Origin: Macrostomum lignano
Taxonomy: Eukaryota
Assembly: GCA_002269645.1 (NCBI GenBank)
Contig: NIVC01001632.1
Coordinates: 62,001-126,000, forward strand
Direction: 5' to 3'
DNA length: 64,000 bases
This document shows positions 1 to 12,081 of this stretch, piece after piece (positions within the stretch are counted from its first letter, which is position 1; each line of letters begins with the position of its first letter). The notes beneath the pieces are model-generated. The model did no database searches. It saw only the letters and a program-made list of their open reading frames with translations, and had not been told where the DNA came from. A program made the position numbers and the translations under genes.

Positions 1-921
1 GTCACTGGTAGTCAAATGTCGCTGGTAGTCAAACAACCTATATAATAGAAGCCTTGAAAACCTAAGAATCTCAATTACTATAAAACTATTGATTTTTCAA
101 ATGAAATATGAATTATAGAAAATATGGAACATAAAATGCAGTATACTATGCTTACTACTTGTGAGTAGCTACTTAACATCGAGCAGGGAAAAAAGATAGC
201 CATAAAACAACACAACTAAGCAAGCGAATATCAAGTTTAAAAAAACACGTGTTCAATTCTATTTTTGCTCGCTAGATATCGAATAACATTTCAATCTTTG
301 CCCGGCCCCCTTTATTAGCTTCAAAGCAGGTGGATCTATCTTCAGTAACAAAGGGTGCGGCACAGTATGGTGAAAAGAGCTGTGATTAAAGCCAAGGAGG
401 CCAAGAAGCAGAGCCTGAAGAGCCAAGCCTTTGCCAAGCAACTCCATTTTTAGACATCAGTAGGCTGAGATGTGTGAACTAATTATTCATTATAAATTTG
501 TTAAAAATCTACCTTTTGCGAGCAAGACTGAAGGCTCTGCAGACAGCTCACAGTTGTAGTATAACAGGACATAAAACTCAAATATAATGTATTTTTGGAG
601 GCCTATTGCCTGGAAAATATATACTGTGGTAATCTTCACTGAATAAGATCAATTGCAATAATTGTTTTTTTATGAAAAAAGATTATTGCCTATCTACACA
701 AGTGTATTGTTTTCCAGGAAATCGGCCTCCTAAAAATTTACACGATCTTTGAGTTTCATGTCCTGTTATACTATAGTGGTCCTTGAGTTCTCTGACAATA
801 GGCGGTTTGGGGAAGAGTTGGCACTCCAGACTTTTGTGTTCTGGGCCTTCTTGTAAAAGCCTAGTCTGGATTAGTGATTTCTCTACCCCCACCCCCTAAA
901 GGTAAACACGCGCGCACACAC

Positions 922-1653
922 CTGCAAAGCGGAATTCGAGCTAACAACCATCTGTTGCAGCGAGCTCGGCTCTCTAAATGTTTTAGACACGGGCAGATCT
1001 TCGGCCTCCGAGTAGAGCAGCGGCGCCAGTACTACGGGCACTCGCTGCTTAGGGAAATCTATACGCAACACGCGTAGAAATGCTTCAACAAGTTCCGGGC
1101 TGGCGCCGAATCGTTTTGTAGCCAACTGCTCTTCGCGCAGCTTAGTCAGTATGAGGTGCACCATCTCGATGCTCATCTCCTGCAGGCCGGCTGTGCCAAT
1201 GCCGATGCCGCCGCCGACGCTGATGTCGTGACTGCCAGTGTCGGCATCGACGTAGGATCTCAGCAGGTCGGGCAGTTTAGCCTGTAGCCAGGTTTGAGCA
1301 GCATCGCGAGTCTCCTGACGCAGTGAGAACAGCAGGGCTAAGCCCAAAGTCACCTCGTGAGCTCGGGTTAGTTTCAGAGTCCTGCTAATCTGCGGCAGCA
1401 GACTCTGGTTGGGCCTGAGAGTCTTCTGTGTTGAGAACGGATGATCGATGGCGTAGCAGATTAGAGTGACAAAATTGGGCTTAGCAAATAGGCTGTTGAT
1501 CTCCTGGGTGAGCAGCTGGATTTGCAGAAAGTCTTTGATCCCGCTGTGACGGTCGTAGCCGCCGGAGCCGCTGTTGGCAGCTGAGAAGTCTATGCTGGAG
1601 AACAGGCATCTGTACAGATGGCGCTCCGCCTCAAATCCGTGCTGGTTCACCAA
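922..1653 (-). CDS. CNOT1: CCR4-NOT complex subunit 1 (Not1), N-terminal region, one internal exon (244 codons)
   Basis: Translation LVNQHGFEAERHLYRCLFSSIDFS...KPNFVTLICYAIDHP...KLPDLLRSYVDAD...FLRVLRIDFPKQRVPVVLAPLLY closely follows the metazoan CNOT1 N-terminus as I recall it. Acceptor ttcctag at 1654 and donor gtgtgt at 921, both phase 0. Other exons were not located in the window. Confidence 0.92.
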
Positions 1654-2794
1654 CTAGGAATAGTTAATGATGATGTGAACAATTGGATTTTATCCATTAA
1701 GCTAGGGATAATCTACCTAAATAGATTAACTGAAATGCATCATCACTGAAGTACCTACATTTGATTCTGCATATAGCCATACACACTTATTAGGGCTAAT
1801 GCATAAAAAATTTTCCCTCAGTCTTAATATACGATTCTTATCTATAAGGCCAATTGCAAAGGACCTTTTGTTTTATGCATATAGCATTTTATGTAAATGA
1901 ATATTCAATTTATAACATAACTTTTTCTTCAAAGATAAAAAGTACATAGAGTGATATGAAATAAACAAAGCATATAGAGAAGTGTTTATTCATTATTCAT
2001 TTTTCAATACAATAAAAATATAGTTTAATTCTATGATTAAAACTTACCCTTGGTTCTATCACAATAGGTCCATTCATTCATAAAGTTTTTGTTTAGCAAA
2101 TTTATTAATTCAATATTTAGTCTATTAAGTCTATTTTTGGGTAAACATTTTTGCAACTTACCTTGGCTAGGCCCCTTGCCAGCTGGCTAGATTGGCCAGC
2201 TTGCTGGGTATTGCACATGTATGATACTACTGAATATACATGCGCAACCTTGAGAATCACTCAGAGTTTCTATTGGCACGTGACTACTATTCTATCCAAT
2301 AGCAACTTATATGTGTGTGTGTGTGTGTGTGTGTTGCCAATAGAAATGGCCAAGTGAATCCCAAGGTTGCACCCAAGCATGCTACTGAATTAGTATAGCC
2401 AACCAAGATACAACTATTATTATAATAAATTTCTTTGGCTCATGTTCAATTATATTTACCAAGGCTAATATATAATGACTTGAGATAGGATTTTGAAAAA
2501 GGAATGAAAAAAGAATTATGGAATTTATAATTAGGTAAATAAAGATCACCCAATAAGGCATTGCTCATATGTCATGCATCATATTGGTAGCAGTTAATAT
2601 GCCAAAAGTCAATAATAGACAAAGAGAATAAATAAAAAATGAACTAAAAAACAAATAACATTGAAATGTTAAAATGTAAATTGTTAAAATATAAAACATT
2701 AAAATAAAGATCTTGTTTCCCTATCCATGTCCTATATTATATAGGTGCTCACCAATTTAACAACAAATACATTTGACAAGAGTTTTACTATGGA

Positions 2795-3129
2795 CAAATT
2801 TGGCAACAATCTAGGCCCCTAGTCAAATTTGGCAACAATCTAGGCCCCTAGTCAAATTTGGCAACAATCTAGGCCCCTAGTCAAATTTGGCAACAATCTA
2901 GGCCCCTAGTCAAATTTGGTAACAATCTAGGCCCCTAGTCAAATTTGGCAACAATCTAGGCCCCTAGTCAAATTTGGCAACAATCTAGGCCCCTAGTCAA
3001 ATTTGGCAACAATCTAGGCCCCTAGTCAAATTTGGCAACAATCTAGGCCCCTAGTCAAATTTGGCAACAATCTAGGCCCCTAGTCAAATTTGGCAACAAT
3101 CTAGGCCCCTAGTCAAAATTGGCAACAAT
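2795..3129. repeat. 29-bp minisatellite (caaatttggcaacaatctaggcccctagt), ~11.5 copies
   Basis: Exact 29-bp periodicity read directly (e.g. gtcaaattt at 2822 and 2851). Confidence 0.95.
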
Positions 3130-3290
3130 AAAGAAAAAAATGTGTATAGCTCATAATGCTACTAATTATTTTGATACATTAGTATTAGTCAAATCTAGCT
3201 TTCCCTTTTAATTGAGTTTGTTTTATCTAAACAATGCTTTTCATTTATGCTTTTGAAGAAATATTAATTCATTTTTCAAGATGTCGGATA

Positions 3291-3657
3291 GGGGGGCCGT
3301 AGCCCAGTGGTAGCGCAGCTGCTCTGGTGTGCCAGCGACCCAGGCTCGATTCCAAGTGCAGTCACATTAATTTGGGGCTGAATTGGAATCTCGGCTTGGC
3401 TCTGCTTGTGCAATTAACGGCCTTGAGAGCCAACCCCCCAAGGCGCAGTGAAGTGTACATGCCTAATGATAATATAAAGTTAGGGCTGCTGTACACTCCT
3501 GTGTGAGTGTGTGCCTGTGTACGTATCCGCACGCTTGTATACGTGCTCAAGGGAGTCAGCGGAATGGGCAGTAATGCCTCTCACCGGTTGTGTGCCTATG
3601 TTGCTTAAAGTGCACCAGGGTGCACACAACCCCCCTGCCTCTAATTAAAAATAAAAA
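3291..3657 (+). mobile_element. tRNA-derived SINE, family A, probably full length
   Basis: A-box TAGCCCAGTGG, B-box GCTCGATTCC and an A-rich tail. Flanked by aagatgtcgga (3278-3288) and aagatgtggga (3658-3668), a likely TSD. Homologous copy at 27428-27620. Confidence 0.75.
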
Positions 3658-5251
3658 AAGATGTGGGACTACCTAATTTATTTTGATTGAATGTATTTTT
3701 CTACCAAAGGTTATAAGGGCTTTAATTTAGTAAAATAAAATCACTGAATAGGTAAATTGATTAGTCACTTAGGTATGATATACATTGATTACACATAGCA
3801 AAGGACTGTTGAACTAACAATCAAATAAGATAATAGGCATTTGACTTGTCATTGAGTCTATCTAGATAAAACAATAGCTTTAAGAAATTGGACAGAAATG
3901 CAAAGCAAAATTTTAGAGAATATAGACTTTTCACAAGTATTTAAAAAACCTTTATATATAATTTGTTTTAACTTAAGCTATATAAAAGACTTGTTGCTAA
4001 ATTTATTTAGATTATTGCCAAATTTGCTTTTTCCAAATTTGTTTATATTACTTTTTTATCATTAAATTTGTTTATTGCTAAATTTAAATATATTCTATTA
4101 TAAACATTTACATAAACAGAGCTTATATGCATAGCAGCAGTTTACTCCACTTTCATTTGCATCATTTTCTAATGTTTGTGACCTTTTTTATAATATTGCA
4201 TAATTAAATATGACATACTGACACTATAACCCCTTTTAAAATTAGTATAATGCATAATTAAATATGACATATTCACACATTTCTTAGTGCTACAAACCTT
4301 AGAAAATAGTCACGCGACTCCATTGGAAGTTGCAACCCATATGTTGAGAACCATTGCCCTACACTATAAATTTAAATTTATACCAGAAAAAAAAACAAAT
4401 TTACTTGTGATCTATATACTGGACATTATCAAAAAAGTGTTGTAACAGCAATTTAACCTTCTTTGCTTTTTGACAAATAAAGACCTTTTTTGTGTTGCAA
4501 TAGTTAAAGACCTTTTTGTATTGAAACAATATAAGACCCTTTCTTGCATTCCAACATTTTTTGGTCTATTGTATGCCAATAATAGCTATACCATATACCA
4601 GCTCTATGGCATAATTTTATAATGGATTGTTTTGTATACTAAATACTTTATGCCAACCATTTTTCAGGTCCATTATATGCTATAATTTTCTGGTATTTAT
4701 TTAAGTTTCAAAAGTGGGGCAAAAGGGCAATATAGCAAATTAGACCCTTTCCTTCAAATTTGCACATTAGGCTTACTATTAATTTAATAAGTTGTACCTG
4801 TTTTATCCTATAGCTATATATTAGGTGCGATTTTGCTGCCTATTTTTCTTTGTATGTGTTGACTTACTGCCTATAAGTTTTTGACTGGGTGGGAGGGCAG
4901 CAATATGGGACCCCTGTATAATTTAAATTTATAGCTATTTTTGTTAATTTGAATATTAATTCTTAATGATTAGAATACCATAGTCAGGATGATGTACATT
5001 ACGCTGGAAATTTCTGGCATACAATTGAAAATTTTACTTTTTTTGGTGTACAATTGGTGTAAAAATGAGGCAAAATATATTTGGCATACCTTTTGGCATA
5101 AAAAATAAGGCAAAATATATTTAGTATACCTTTTGGCATGACGCTATGGCATAAATACGCCAAGCAGCATATGCCAACTCCAACCTTCACACCAAAGTTA
5201 ATATTAACAATTGTTGGTATAACACCGTAACCTCAGAATCTTATTATAAAA

Positions 5252-8070
5252 CAAGCTATTGAAACCCGCGGATTTTGAACCCAGGGAATTCCAATCCCGG
5301 AACTATTTTTCCATGTATTCTGAAATCAGAGGCCATACCCAAACAAAAACTTGTTAATAGTTAGTAGGATAGAGGTAGATATAAAGTGGAGCACATTCCT
5401 GTAAAAATTAGAATTTGAGGCAAACATTGATTATTGTTGGCTGGGGTGCTTTTTACTTTAAATAGGCAGTTAATGTCTGTCTGACTCTAGAACATGTATC
5501 GGCAAACTCTGGCCTCTGTCTCTGACTCTCCCTATGTCCCTTGGATCCTTTGAAAGTTCTATCTTCTCTTCTGTTTCCTCTCTTCTCTCTCATCCCTCGT
5601 CTCTCCTCTCTACTCTCTCTCCTCTCCTCTCTTCTCTTTTTCCTCTTTCCTCTCTCCCCTCTTCTCTTGTATCTTCCCTCATTTCTCTTCTCTTTCCCTT
5701 CCTCCCACTCTTCTCTCAACTTTTCCTTCACCTCTCTTCTCTCTCATCTTTATTTGCTCTCTGATCTCTCCTTTCTCTTCTCTTTTATCTCTTTTCATTT
5801 CTCTCTCTGCTTCCCCCTCTCTCTCTGCTTCCCTCATCTCTCTCTCTGCTTCCCCCTCTCTCTCTGCTTCCCTCATCTCTCTCTCTCTGCTTCCCCCCTC
5901 TCTCTCTCTCTGCTTCCCCCCTCTCTCTCTGCTTCCTGTATCTCTCTCTGCTTCCCCCTCTCTCTCTGCTTCCCCCCTCTCTCTCTGCTTCCCCCTCTCT
6001 CTCTGCCCCCCCTCTCTCTGCTTCCCTTCTCTCTTATCTCTCCTCTCCTATCTTTCTTTTCCTCTCTACTCTCTCCCCTCCATTCTCCTCTTTTCTCTCC
6101 TCTCGCCTCACTCACTTCTCTCTCCCTTTGTCTCTCCTCTCGTCTCTGTAATCTCTTCTCTCTTATCTCTCCTCTGTTCTCTTTACTCTTCCATCTGTCA
6201 TTTGTTCATTTTTGTCTCTGCTCTCAGCTCATCCCCCCTCTCATCTGTCATCTTTATTGTCTTATATGTTCTCTCATTCTGTCCTCTGTACTCTTTTCTT
6301 TCCCCTCTTTTGTCTCCTCACTTTCCTTTCTCCTTTCTTCTCTTCTCTTCCCTCTTCTATATACTCTCTCCCTCTCTTGTCTCGTCTCTTCTCTCTCCAC
6401 TCCCCTCCTTTATCTCTTATCTCTCATTTCTCATCTCTCTTTACACCTCTCTCATCTCTACTTTCTCCCCTTTACTAACTCCTCTCTGCTCTCCTCTCAT
6501 CTACAGCTCTCTACTCTCTCCTCTACTCGCTCCTCTCTACTCTCTCCTCTCCACTCGCTACTCTACTCTCTGCTCTCTCCTCTACTCGCTCTTCTACTCA
6601 CCCCTCTACTCTCTCCTCTCTACTCACTCCTCTACTCTCTCCTCTCTACTCGCTCCTCTACTCTCTCCTCTCTACTTGCTCCTCTACTCTCTCCTCTCTA
6701 CTCGCTCATCTACTCTCTCCTCTCTACTCGCTACTCTACTCTCTCCTCTCATCGTCCTCACTTCCTCATCTCTCTTATTACCTTTTTTTTATTTTATCTT
6801 ATTCCCTCTCTCACCTCTCCTCTCTTTTCGAATAGTCTATTCCTTCTCTCCACTCTCAACTGCCCCCTCAGCCATAAGCTGGATTCTTTTCTGGCCTTTG
6901 AGGTAAAAGTCTGCCCATTCCTGCTTGGAAAGCCAGTTTGTGGGACGTGGTACTCTCATGGCTGTTCTCATGCTTTGATCATGTCATCTTTCTTACAAAT
7001 TTGCAAGCCCTGAAATTCTGAAAAGAATTTGTGTATCTTCAGCTCCACTGCAGTCTGCATCAATCTAACAACCAAGGAAATACGCATTTCTTAGGCCTTT
7101 GAAATTTTAAAGTACCTTGAAGAGAAACCTTAAATTTCCATGGTGTGCCTAATTTAGTAGGGTTGTAGTGCATTGCATCGCATTTTCATAAATCTTTCGC
7201 TTTTACAAACCATGCTGGATTACCTTGATTTGCCATCCACTATTAAACTGCTGCAGAGTTTGCCAATACAGAGGGGAGGGCAGTGGTTAGAATTTCTCAC
7301 TAAACTGTTATAGCTAAATGTAGCCTCTCCACTTTTGGGGTGCAGAGAAGGCTATAAACAAAGCTATTCCAAAACACTGTACATTGCCATATACATTCCG
7401 CCCTATCGCCTGACCCTTGGTCTGGCTCTGGGGGAATGAGTAAGTGAGTGGCACAAACAACAGAAAAAGCAGACAAACTTTACATGCTAACAGTTTCTTT
7501 TTCAATTGAGTTACAGAGTTGAAACTTTACATTTAGACAGAGAATGAGTCAATGAAGAATTGTGTCAAGTTTGAAATCAATCGCTTCACGTGGAGCAAAC
7601 TTATGGCAGCCAAAATATAGTCGATTTTTGAACCCATTTTCCACATCTCGCAAGATAAGGGAAAGAGAGGCAGGCCGACGGAGGTTGGGGTGGCTGTCTT
7701 GCTGAAAAAACAGCCTAATTTTAAAAGTGCACAGTGCCGTTCAGGATCAACTTTGAGACTCGAAATTTTACACAATTGTGTCAAAATAGTTTAAGATTGT
7801 CTGTGTCAAATTAGAAGAGAATTGGTAGAAGTAGAGTGGCGCTATGGAGGATTTAGTGAAAAAATCGTGCATTTTGAGCAGTTTTTTGCACTTTTAGGTA
7901 GAAAGACTCAAATTTAGGAAATTTAAATGTAGCCTAAGACATTCTCCATAGTGAGTTTACGGTGGGTGTAAAATTTGGTGTCATTTGGTTGAGCAGTTTG
8001 GAAGTCCATAGCGAACAAAATTGTCTACAAACATACAGACATACAGAGTTTTGATTTTTATATGTAGAGA
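5252..8070 (-). mobile_element. Non-autonomous Helitron-like element
   Basis: On the minus strand it starts A|TCTCTACATATAAAAATC followed by a tctgtatgtctgtatg tract. It ends in an imperfect GC hairpin (ccctgggttcaaaatccgcggg) ~10 nt before CTTG|T. Inserted at an A|T site with no TSD. The 3' end is CTTG rather than canonical CTRR. Confidence 0.5.
5500..6860. repeat. Degenerate CT-rich low-complexity / microsatellite tract
   Basis: Polypyrimidine + strand with (CT)n, ctctctgcttccccc and ctctactcgctcct sub-repeats. Explains the spurious L/S-rich ORFs here. Confidence 0.95.
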
Positions 8071-8596
8071 TCATAAAAACCATAAAACTCATAAGATGAA
8101 AGTTCATAACTATTTGTGATTTATAAAATTTTCAAATTCCATGGAAACTAATCATGTAATTTTCTATAAAAAAACTTGAACAAAAAATGATGTTAACTAG
8201 TGCATTGTATTTGGTGAGTGAAGCGAGTAAAGTAGAGATGTTTATAAAGTAGACAAAAATGTGTAACACACAAAAAAGGTCATTTATTGTCGCAAAGCCT
8301 AGAAAACCTAGCATAAGTTCCTAGGACCTTGGCGTACATTTTAGTATGAAGTGGCATAGATTTTTTAGGGGACTTTTTCCTCGGCATATATTATAACATG
8401 ATCCTGACTATGGTTAGAATAGTATATAATATATTATTTACAAGATGTAGACTGCCATGTAGGCAATTAAAACATTAGGTAGATGGCTACTATATATATA
8501 AACACAAATCATGTTTTGGCAAGGTTTTTGGTAAATTTTAGCAAAAATGTTTTTTTAACAAATCATTTCATATTGACTTTCTTTAAATGCATCATG

Positions 8597-9467
8597 GGCG
8601 ATTTTCCTCTTTCGTTCGTTAAATTATTTTTTCGATTTGAATCGGTGCGTAGAGGCGAAAAAGTGACGTGGCAGCATTTGAAATTGTGCCTATTGAAAAA
8701 ATGATGTGGCAGTAGTGGAAAGGACATGGGGTTGCTGCTGACACATGTCTATGGCACTACTCACCTACTCGGTTCGTGGCGGAGTATAGGCAGCAGCTTG
8801 CACTCGCTCCTTGCTCCCCTTCCCACTCTCGCATGAGCTTTGACTTATCGCATTGAGTCTTCACTTGTTAAATTTTATTAAATTTTACTCAAACTGCAAC
8901 ATGGCTGGGCGCCCAGCGGCACCTACATTCATCGTCCCTCCTGGACAACTGCGTCCCTCGCTGGAGCTGTGCGACATAAACTTTACGATGCGCGAGCTGG
9001 CCAACATCACCCAGACGCCTAGAGACTGCATCAACTGGATGGCAACCTTCCATCTTCTGGCCAACCAACAGACATGCTCAACATGCCCCGGAGCCCCGGC
9101 GATGCGTCTGCAGCAGCGCACGGGTGATCGCTTTGTGGACAGGCTTGCTTGGGCATGTACCGGCTGCCATGGCCAGGTCTCCATAAGAAAGGGCTCTTTG
9201 CTGGGGCTCCAGTTGAACCATATTGGACTTTGTGAGACTCTCTGTATGCCAGAGCAAGCTACGGGACGCAGTGCCCTATTGTTGTCGTTTACTGTCGTTA
9301 CATGTCGTTTACCATTACCGTTTGTCTTTAGTTAAACAACTCCATCCAACTTTCCGAGAAAAATTTAAGTCCCAGCATCCCATTACTGTCGTTTTCTGAC
9401 ATTACTCAGTAGTCACAACTTGTTTCTGTCGAAAAAATAATTTAACGAATGAAAGAGGAAAATCGCC
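8597..9467 (+). mobile_element. Internally deleted Merlin (IS1595/ISXO2-like) DNA transposon, copy 1
   Basis: 39-bp TIRs starting GG (ggcgattttcctctttcgttcgttaaattattttttcga, 1 mismatch). Perfect 8-bp TSD GCATCATG at 8589-8596 and 9468-9475. The internal ORF encodes LLANQQTCSTC...MRL...DRLAWACTGCHGQVSIRKGS, resembling the N-terminal Zn-ribbon of Merlin transposases. No DDE domain present. Confidence 0.85.
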
Positions 9468-12081
9468 GCATCATGCATTAAACTTTACTAAATATAAAAT
9501 TTTCTTTACCTTTGCCTAAAATATTTATAAAATATAACTTAATATTTAGATAATTTAGGACATATTATTACTCTTATTAATTTTAGCAGAACTTACCTGA
9601 GTAATTTCAGAAATTGACTGCTTTAAAGTCTTTTTGTTAAGGGAACCAACCAAATTTTCTATTTGGTTTAATGCAAATTGCAGAGAGTCTAGCATTGTTG
9701 ATAGTAAATGCTTTGTAGGGCTAAACAGTAATAGTTTGATGCTAGTAACATGTCAAATGACAATTTTGACAATCAAAGCACAATTTAATGTTTTAAGTAA
9801 GAATTGTCAGACTACTAGGCTAGTATAGTGTAGGACTTGCTACACCTCTAACTTTATTCAAGTTCAACTTGACAGCAAAAAAAGGGGGGCTAATGTTTCT
9901 CAAAGAATGCAGAAAGTAAAGGGTATTTTTATTAGTATTCAGTCTGTATCTCTTGCTATTTTAAAAATTATATTAGTAACTAGGGCTAAGCCTATTTTCG
10001 AGTACTAGTCTACTGTATTTAGGCCTATATAAATATATTGTGATTAAAAAATTAAGACATCTTAAATATCACCTAATGAGTACTCAGAAAAAAAGATTTA
10101 TTCATTGTTCACCATTCAGGTAATCATGTCAATCATTATTCTGTTATTCTGTTATTTACTGTCAATATTGACTGGCTTTAGAAGCTTGAAAACTGTAGAT
10201 ATTAATAAATAAATATTTATAACATATTTTTTGTCTTATAAGAAATTGTGTTTTTACTTTAAATTAAAACCGACACCAAAAACAATAAAAAACTTTGATA
10301 TAATGCGACAATTTGAGTCACGCTTTTTTTAAATAATCGTGCTTGTCGATGACTAATGTAAAAACTATGTTACAAATATAAATATTTATCACGATTGTCT
10401 CTATAACCAAATTCTTCGAGTATGAAGTCGGCCCACACCCCAGAGTGGCTAAAACGAAATCAAAGACGAAAAATATCAACAAGATGGGCCCACTCAGTGG
10501 GCCCGGCCATAAAGTCTTGATCCAATAGAACTACGCATTTTGCTGAAAATGATTAAATGCAACGATTTTTTATGCATGCAGAATCACTGCAGATTTTTCA
10601 TGGAAGTAACAATGCAAAGCAGTGAAGCATGCAGCTATGACTGAGAGGGTCATGGTTACCATTACCGCCCTGATGTCCCTGCAGTTGTTAAGTTCCATGC
10701 AATCAGCCGCGGTGGGCGGGGGAGTGACAGCTGGAACAGCAGCTCAGGAGGTGGGCCGTTAGCCCATACACCTTTCCCTATGCTTAGATGTAACCCACTG
10801 CAGTTAATCCAAGTGCAGGGTGACAACGGCGGTATGGGTGGGAGCAGGGAGCCATGAGGATCCCGATCACTGGTCGAGCAATCTCGGCCAGGCCATTGGC
10901 CAGCTCGTGGCCTCGGAATGGCCCGACTTCCCCTGGGAGCCACCTTAAAGACACCCTGTTGGGGGCGCCCTAAGCGGTTAGCAGGCACCATGGCACACTT
11001 GCTTTTTTCTTTTACATGGATACATGTATTTTCTTACCCTCTCCAATTAACATTTCGCTAGGTGAGCCGTTTTGCTGGTTGTCCATGTCCCATCCAGGTC
11101 ATGCAATCTCACCCACACTTGTTCCGTTACATATTGTCGACGTCAACCCAAGCGCGTCACGATTAGTTTAGATGAAGATGATCTGTCCATCTGAATGTAA
11201 ACTACATGTACATGTAGTTCATGTGGTTCATATTATACATACTGTATATACCGTATGTTTCATAGACAAATGAAATAGAAATAGAAATAACCAAGACGTT
11301 AATTGCCATTGCAGCAAAGCGAGTACTATATGTACATATAGTCAATAGTGTGTTGTTTAAATTTCTGACAGAATAGATTTCGCTAACCTCCCATTATTAT
11401 TTGCAAAAAATACAGACAGTAAAAATAAATTACGAGTAATATCCGTACGTAAAGCTTTACCAGTTTTTTAAGTAACTCCGCGTAATTTACCGATCTTTCT
11501 TACAAATTACTCGTACATACGATCCTACATGGTAGATAAGAAACGCATAATTTTTGGCATATTGGAAATTTAAAAGTTAAATTACTAAACTCTCGATCAT
11601 TAGCTCCAATGAGTTCCGTATCATTTTGAGTTGCCGGGGTGAATGGGGATGTCATCTTAAGCGCCGGCATAATGCTTTCATCCGGCCCTTAGAAGGGCAG
11701 AAAGAGTCAAAAGCAATTCAACTGAATAGTTGAATCTATTCACAGTTTCGTGTAGCGCGCTGTAGTATCTATTTTCTACCTAAGTACACTCGTATATAAA
11801 GTCTTTCTATCTTACACGCTGGAAAGTGAAAGTACTTCTACAAACATACGTGTAAACTTATTGAAATCATAGAAAGAACTGGAGATAGTGGCCAACTATT
11901 TAATACTCGTACATGTAGGCGTTCATTGAAATCGTATCTTGGGATCATTACTTGTTTTGTCCTTTATACATTTCTGTACATAAGGAAGAGAAATACAAGA
12001 AATGTCCGTGGCGATTTGACCGTTGTGCAGCTCAAAGTGAAAAACTGACCACCGCAAGTTTTACTCATACTCTCCGCGACG

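Larger units (their letters stand above)
4978..8413. mobile_element. Non-autonomous TIR DNA transposon with 8-bp TSD (superfamily unassigned), carrying a nested Helitron-like insert
   Basis: Left end ccatagtcaggatgatgt (4978) and reverse complement of right end ccatagtcaggatcatgt (ends 8413) match at 17/18. Perfect TSD TTAGAATA at 4970-4977 and 8414-8421. Several GGCATA subterminal motifs at both ends. Confidence 0.8.

Noticed and set aside
683-892. Possible Penelope GIY-YIG remnant (TRL..EH...H...GH pattern)
   Set aside because: Resemblance is too loose and no RT or GIY/YIG motif is adjacent; needs an HMM search.
5541-7013. 490-aa L/S-rich ORF and overlapping ORFs
   Set aside because: Produced by the CT-rich low-complexity tract, which lacks stop codons on this strand.
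7314-7505. Possible Pif1/Helitron helicase motif (SQTKGQ)
   Set aside because: Does not match the TINKSQGQ consensus or its spacing.
10486-10504. Perfect 9-bp-stem palindrome gggcccact-c-agtgggccc (also in copy 2)
   Set aside because: No associated terminus, TSD or gene context found to give it meaning.
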